A DNA stretch of 64,000 bases, taken from assembly GCF_009914755.1 (NCBI RefSeq), contig NC_060926.1, one strand, 5' to 3'. Made by a program: the position numbers and the translations under genes. The notes beneath the pieces were generated by a model. That model was not told where the DNA came from, did no database searches, and worked only from the letters and a program-made list of their open reading frames with translations. Positions within the stretch are counted from its first letter, which is position 1. Each line of letters opens with the position of its first letter. Positions 31,650 to 64,000 of this stretch are shown piece after piece. This DNA is from the human T2T-CHM13v2.0 reference genome, Homo sapiens.

Positions 31650-31863
31650 CAGGTTGACTATCTCTTAACTAAAATGCTTGGGACCAGAAGTGTTTCAGAT
31701 TTCAGGATATCTGCATTATAGACTTGTCAGTTGAACACCTCAAACCCAAAAATTCAAAATCCAAAATGCCCCTATTTCCTTTGAGTTTCATGTCTACTCT
31801 CAGAAATTTTAGATTTTGGAGTATTTCAGATTTGGGGTTTTCAGATTTGGGATGCTCAACCTG
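31650..31863. mobile_element. Tigger4/MER46-like MITE in the CAPN14 3' UTR
   Basis: TA|caggttga...tcaacctg|TA terminal inverted repeats with TA TSD; aaaatgcttgggaccagaagtg motif. Confidence 0.85.
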
Positions 31864-32839
31864 TAGTAATAAATGGCTCTGAGGTGCTAACTTATGAATA
31901 AATTGCATAGACTTTGGAAAAAGGCCATTGTTCTGGTTTTGCACCTGTATTCTTGGTTGAGAGGGATGACATAAACAAGGTGTTTCATGGTAGTTCAAAA
32001 AATCAGATATACCAACCACCCACTGATTGACTCTATAATTTAGCATGGGTTTGTTTTTGTCCTTTGAAGTAGATAGACAGAGAATTTCTGGACAGATTTG
32101 AAATGGATCTGATAGTCTATATATCAAGCAAATAGACACACCTGTCACAAGCAGGAAGCCCTTTGAGAACTCAGGTGTTTTAAATCTACTAGGTTGCCCC
32201 AGATCCAATCATACGGAGATATTGTCAGAAGAAGACTACCCCATGACCTCAGATGCCAGAGCCAGCCCACCCCACCTGGACTCTGCCAATTCTCTTACTG
32301 TCTGTGTTTCTGAAAGCCCACTATATCCCTGACCCCATCCCCAAACAGCTGAAACTTAGCCTATGTCTCTATCAATTTGCAGATGCTGGGACTAAATGTC
32401 TAAGGATATATCATTCCCATTTCAGACCTTAAAACCTAGATGATTACCCCACCATGTGAGAACATGTGGCATGTCTAAAGTCACTTGAGTTTGCAGCCAC
32501 AGAGGCAGTGTTGTATGGAGGCTAACCACACCAGCTCTGGAGTCAGAATGCTTAGGCCATGTCAGGTAACATCTCCGCTTGTGACAAGGTTGTGGCCTCA
32601 GGGAAGGATGGCTAGCTTTTACAACTCTGATGTAATCTTTACTTCCTCCCTTCCCTTTCTGCATGCTGGCCATGCACGGGGAGGGCTGCAGAAGAGAAAC
32701 CTTCCCAGCTGAGAAGGTGACGGCTAGTGAGGCTGTCCTGAAGATCAGTAAGTAGGGTGGGCATGGGTTGGTCTCAGCCAAAGGCTGCTCTTGGGCCACA
32801 TGCAGAGTCTTCAGTGAGGGCAGGTGAGACTCAGCCTTC

Positions 32840-63610
<30,771 letters not shown>

Positions 63611-64000
63611 GGCAGGTGGTGGGTACAGTCCAGTGAGTCTTCCTGAGGAGTCTCTGCTGCTCCTGAAATGGAGAGAGGACGGTCAGTTTCCTCACTTCCT
63701 CCTTGTGCTTTGCCATTGCCACAGAGACGAGGGGAAGGATGGAGAGAATGGGAGCGGAGAAGTCAGCTGGTGAGAAAGAGACAGAAGCAGGTGGTTCGAT
63801 TTTGTCCCAGAGAGTGTGGGTCCTTGAGCACTCACTCAAGTGCTTGAGGACCTGGTGGGAGATCAGGGATCTTGTGGCAAAAGCCTACAGAAGGGAAAGT
63901 TCTCTCAAGCCTCAGGGCTGAGTCCTGGGCCCCTGACTGCACCAATGTCACGGGGGTCCCTTCTGCTTAGTGGGGAGGCAGGAGAAGAGAAGCAGGAAGC

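Larger units (their letters stand above)
31215..32839 (-). other. CAPN14: CAPN14 3' UTR (end approximate)
   Basis: Sequence between the stop codon and the first clear minus-strand AATAAA. Confidence 0.7.

Noticed and set aside
23507-32208. Longer stand-alone ORFs (23507-24004, 26398-26889, 31702-32208)
   Set aside because: No recognisable domains; the last lies in the 3' UTR and runs into a MITE; lengths are compatible with chance

Overview
Human (primate) genomic DNA. The right half (about 31.2-64 kb) holds the complete coding region of calpain-14 (CAPN14) on the minus strand. I reconstructed 21 coding exons with GT-AG boundaries and consistent phases. They sum to 2055 nt (684 aa plus stop) and keep the Cys101/His254/Asn278 triad. 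The gene includes a 9-nt microexon, one U12-type intron and a ~1.6-kb 3' UTR ending near an AATAAA at 31238-31243. The first coding exon has a splice acceptor, so at least one non-coding exon lies beyond the window; exons are numbered 2-22 on that basis. The left half (1-31 kb) is repeat-rich intergenic DNA (Alu, L2, MIR, MaLR/ERV LTRs, DNA transposons). From memory, not from the sequence, it separates CAPN14 from the same-strand gene GALNT14 at 2p23. I cannot support a wholly new biological system here. The best leads are: (1) exon 17, which has a U2 acceptor and U12 donor and is bracketed by both direct and inverted L1 copies; (2) a nested L3>Alu>twin-primed L1 whose inversion junction creates a 525-aa ATG-initiated reverse-transcriptase ORF; (3) a stop-free in-frame intron in the protease domain; (4) candidate minus-strand exons in the intergenic region; (5) a templated-insertion repair scar. 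Repeat subfamily names come from recalled consensus motifs and need RepeatMasker confirmation.
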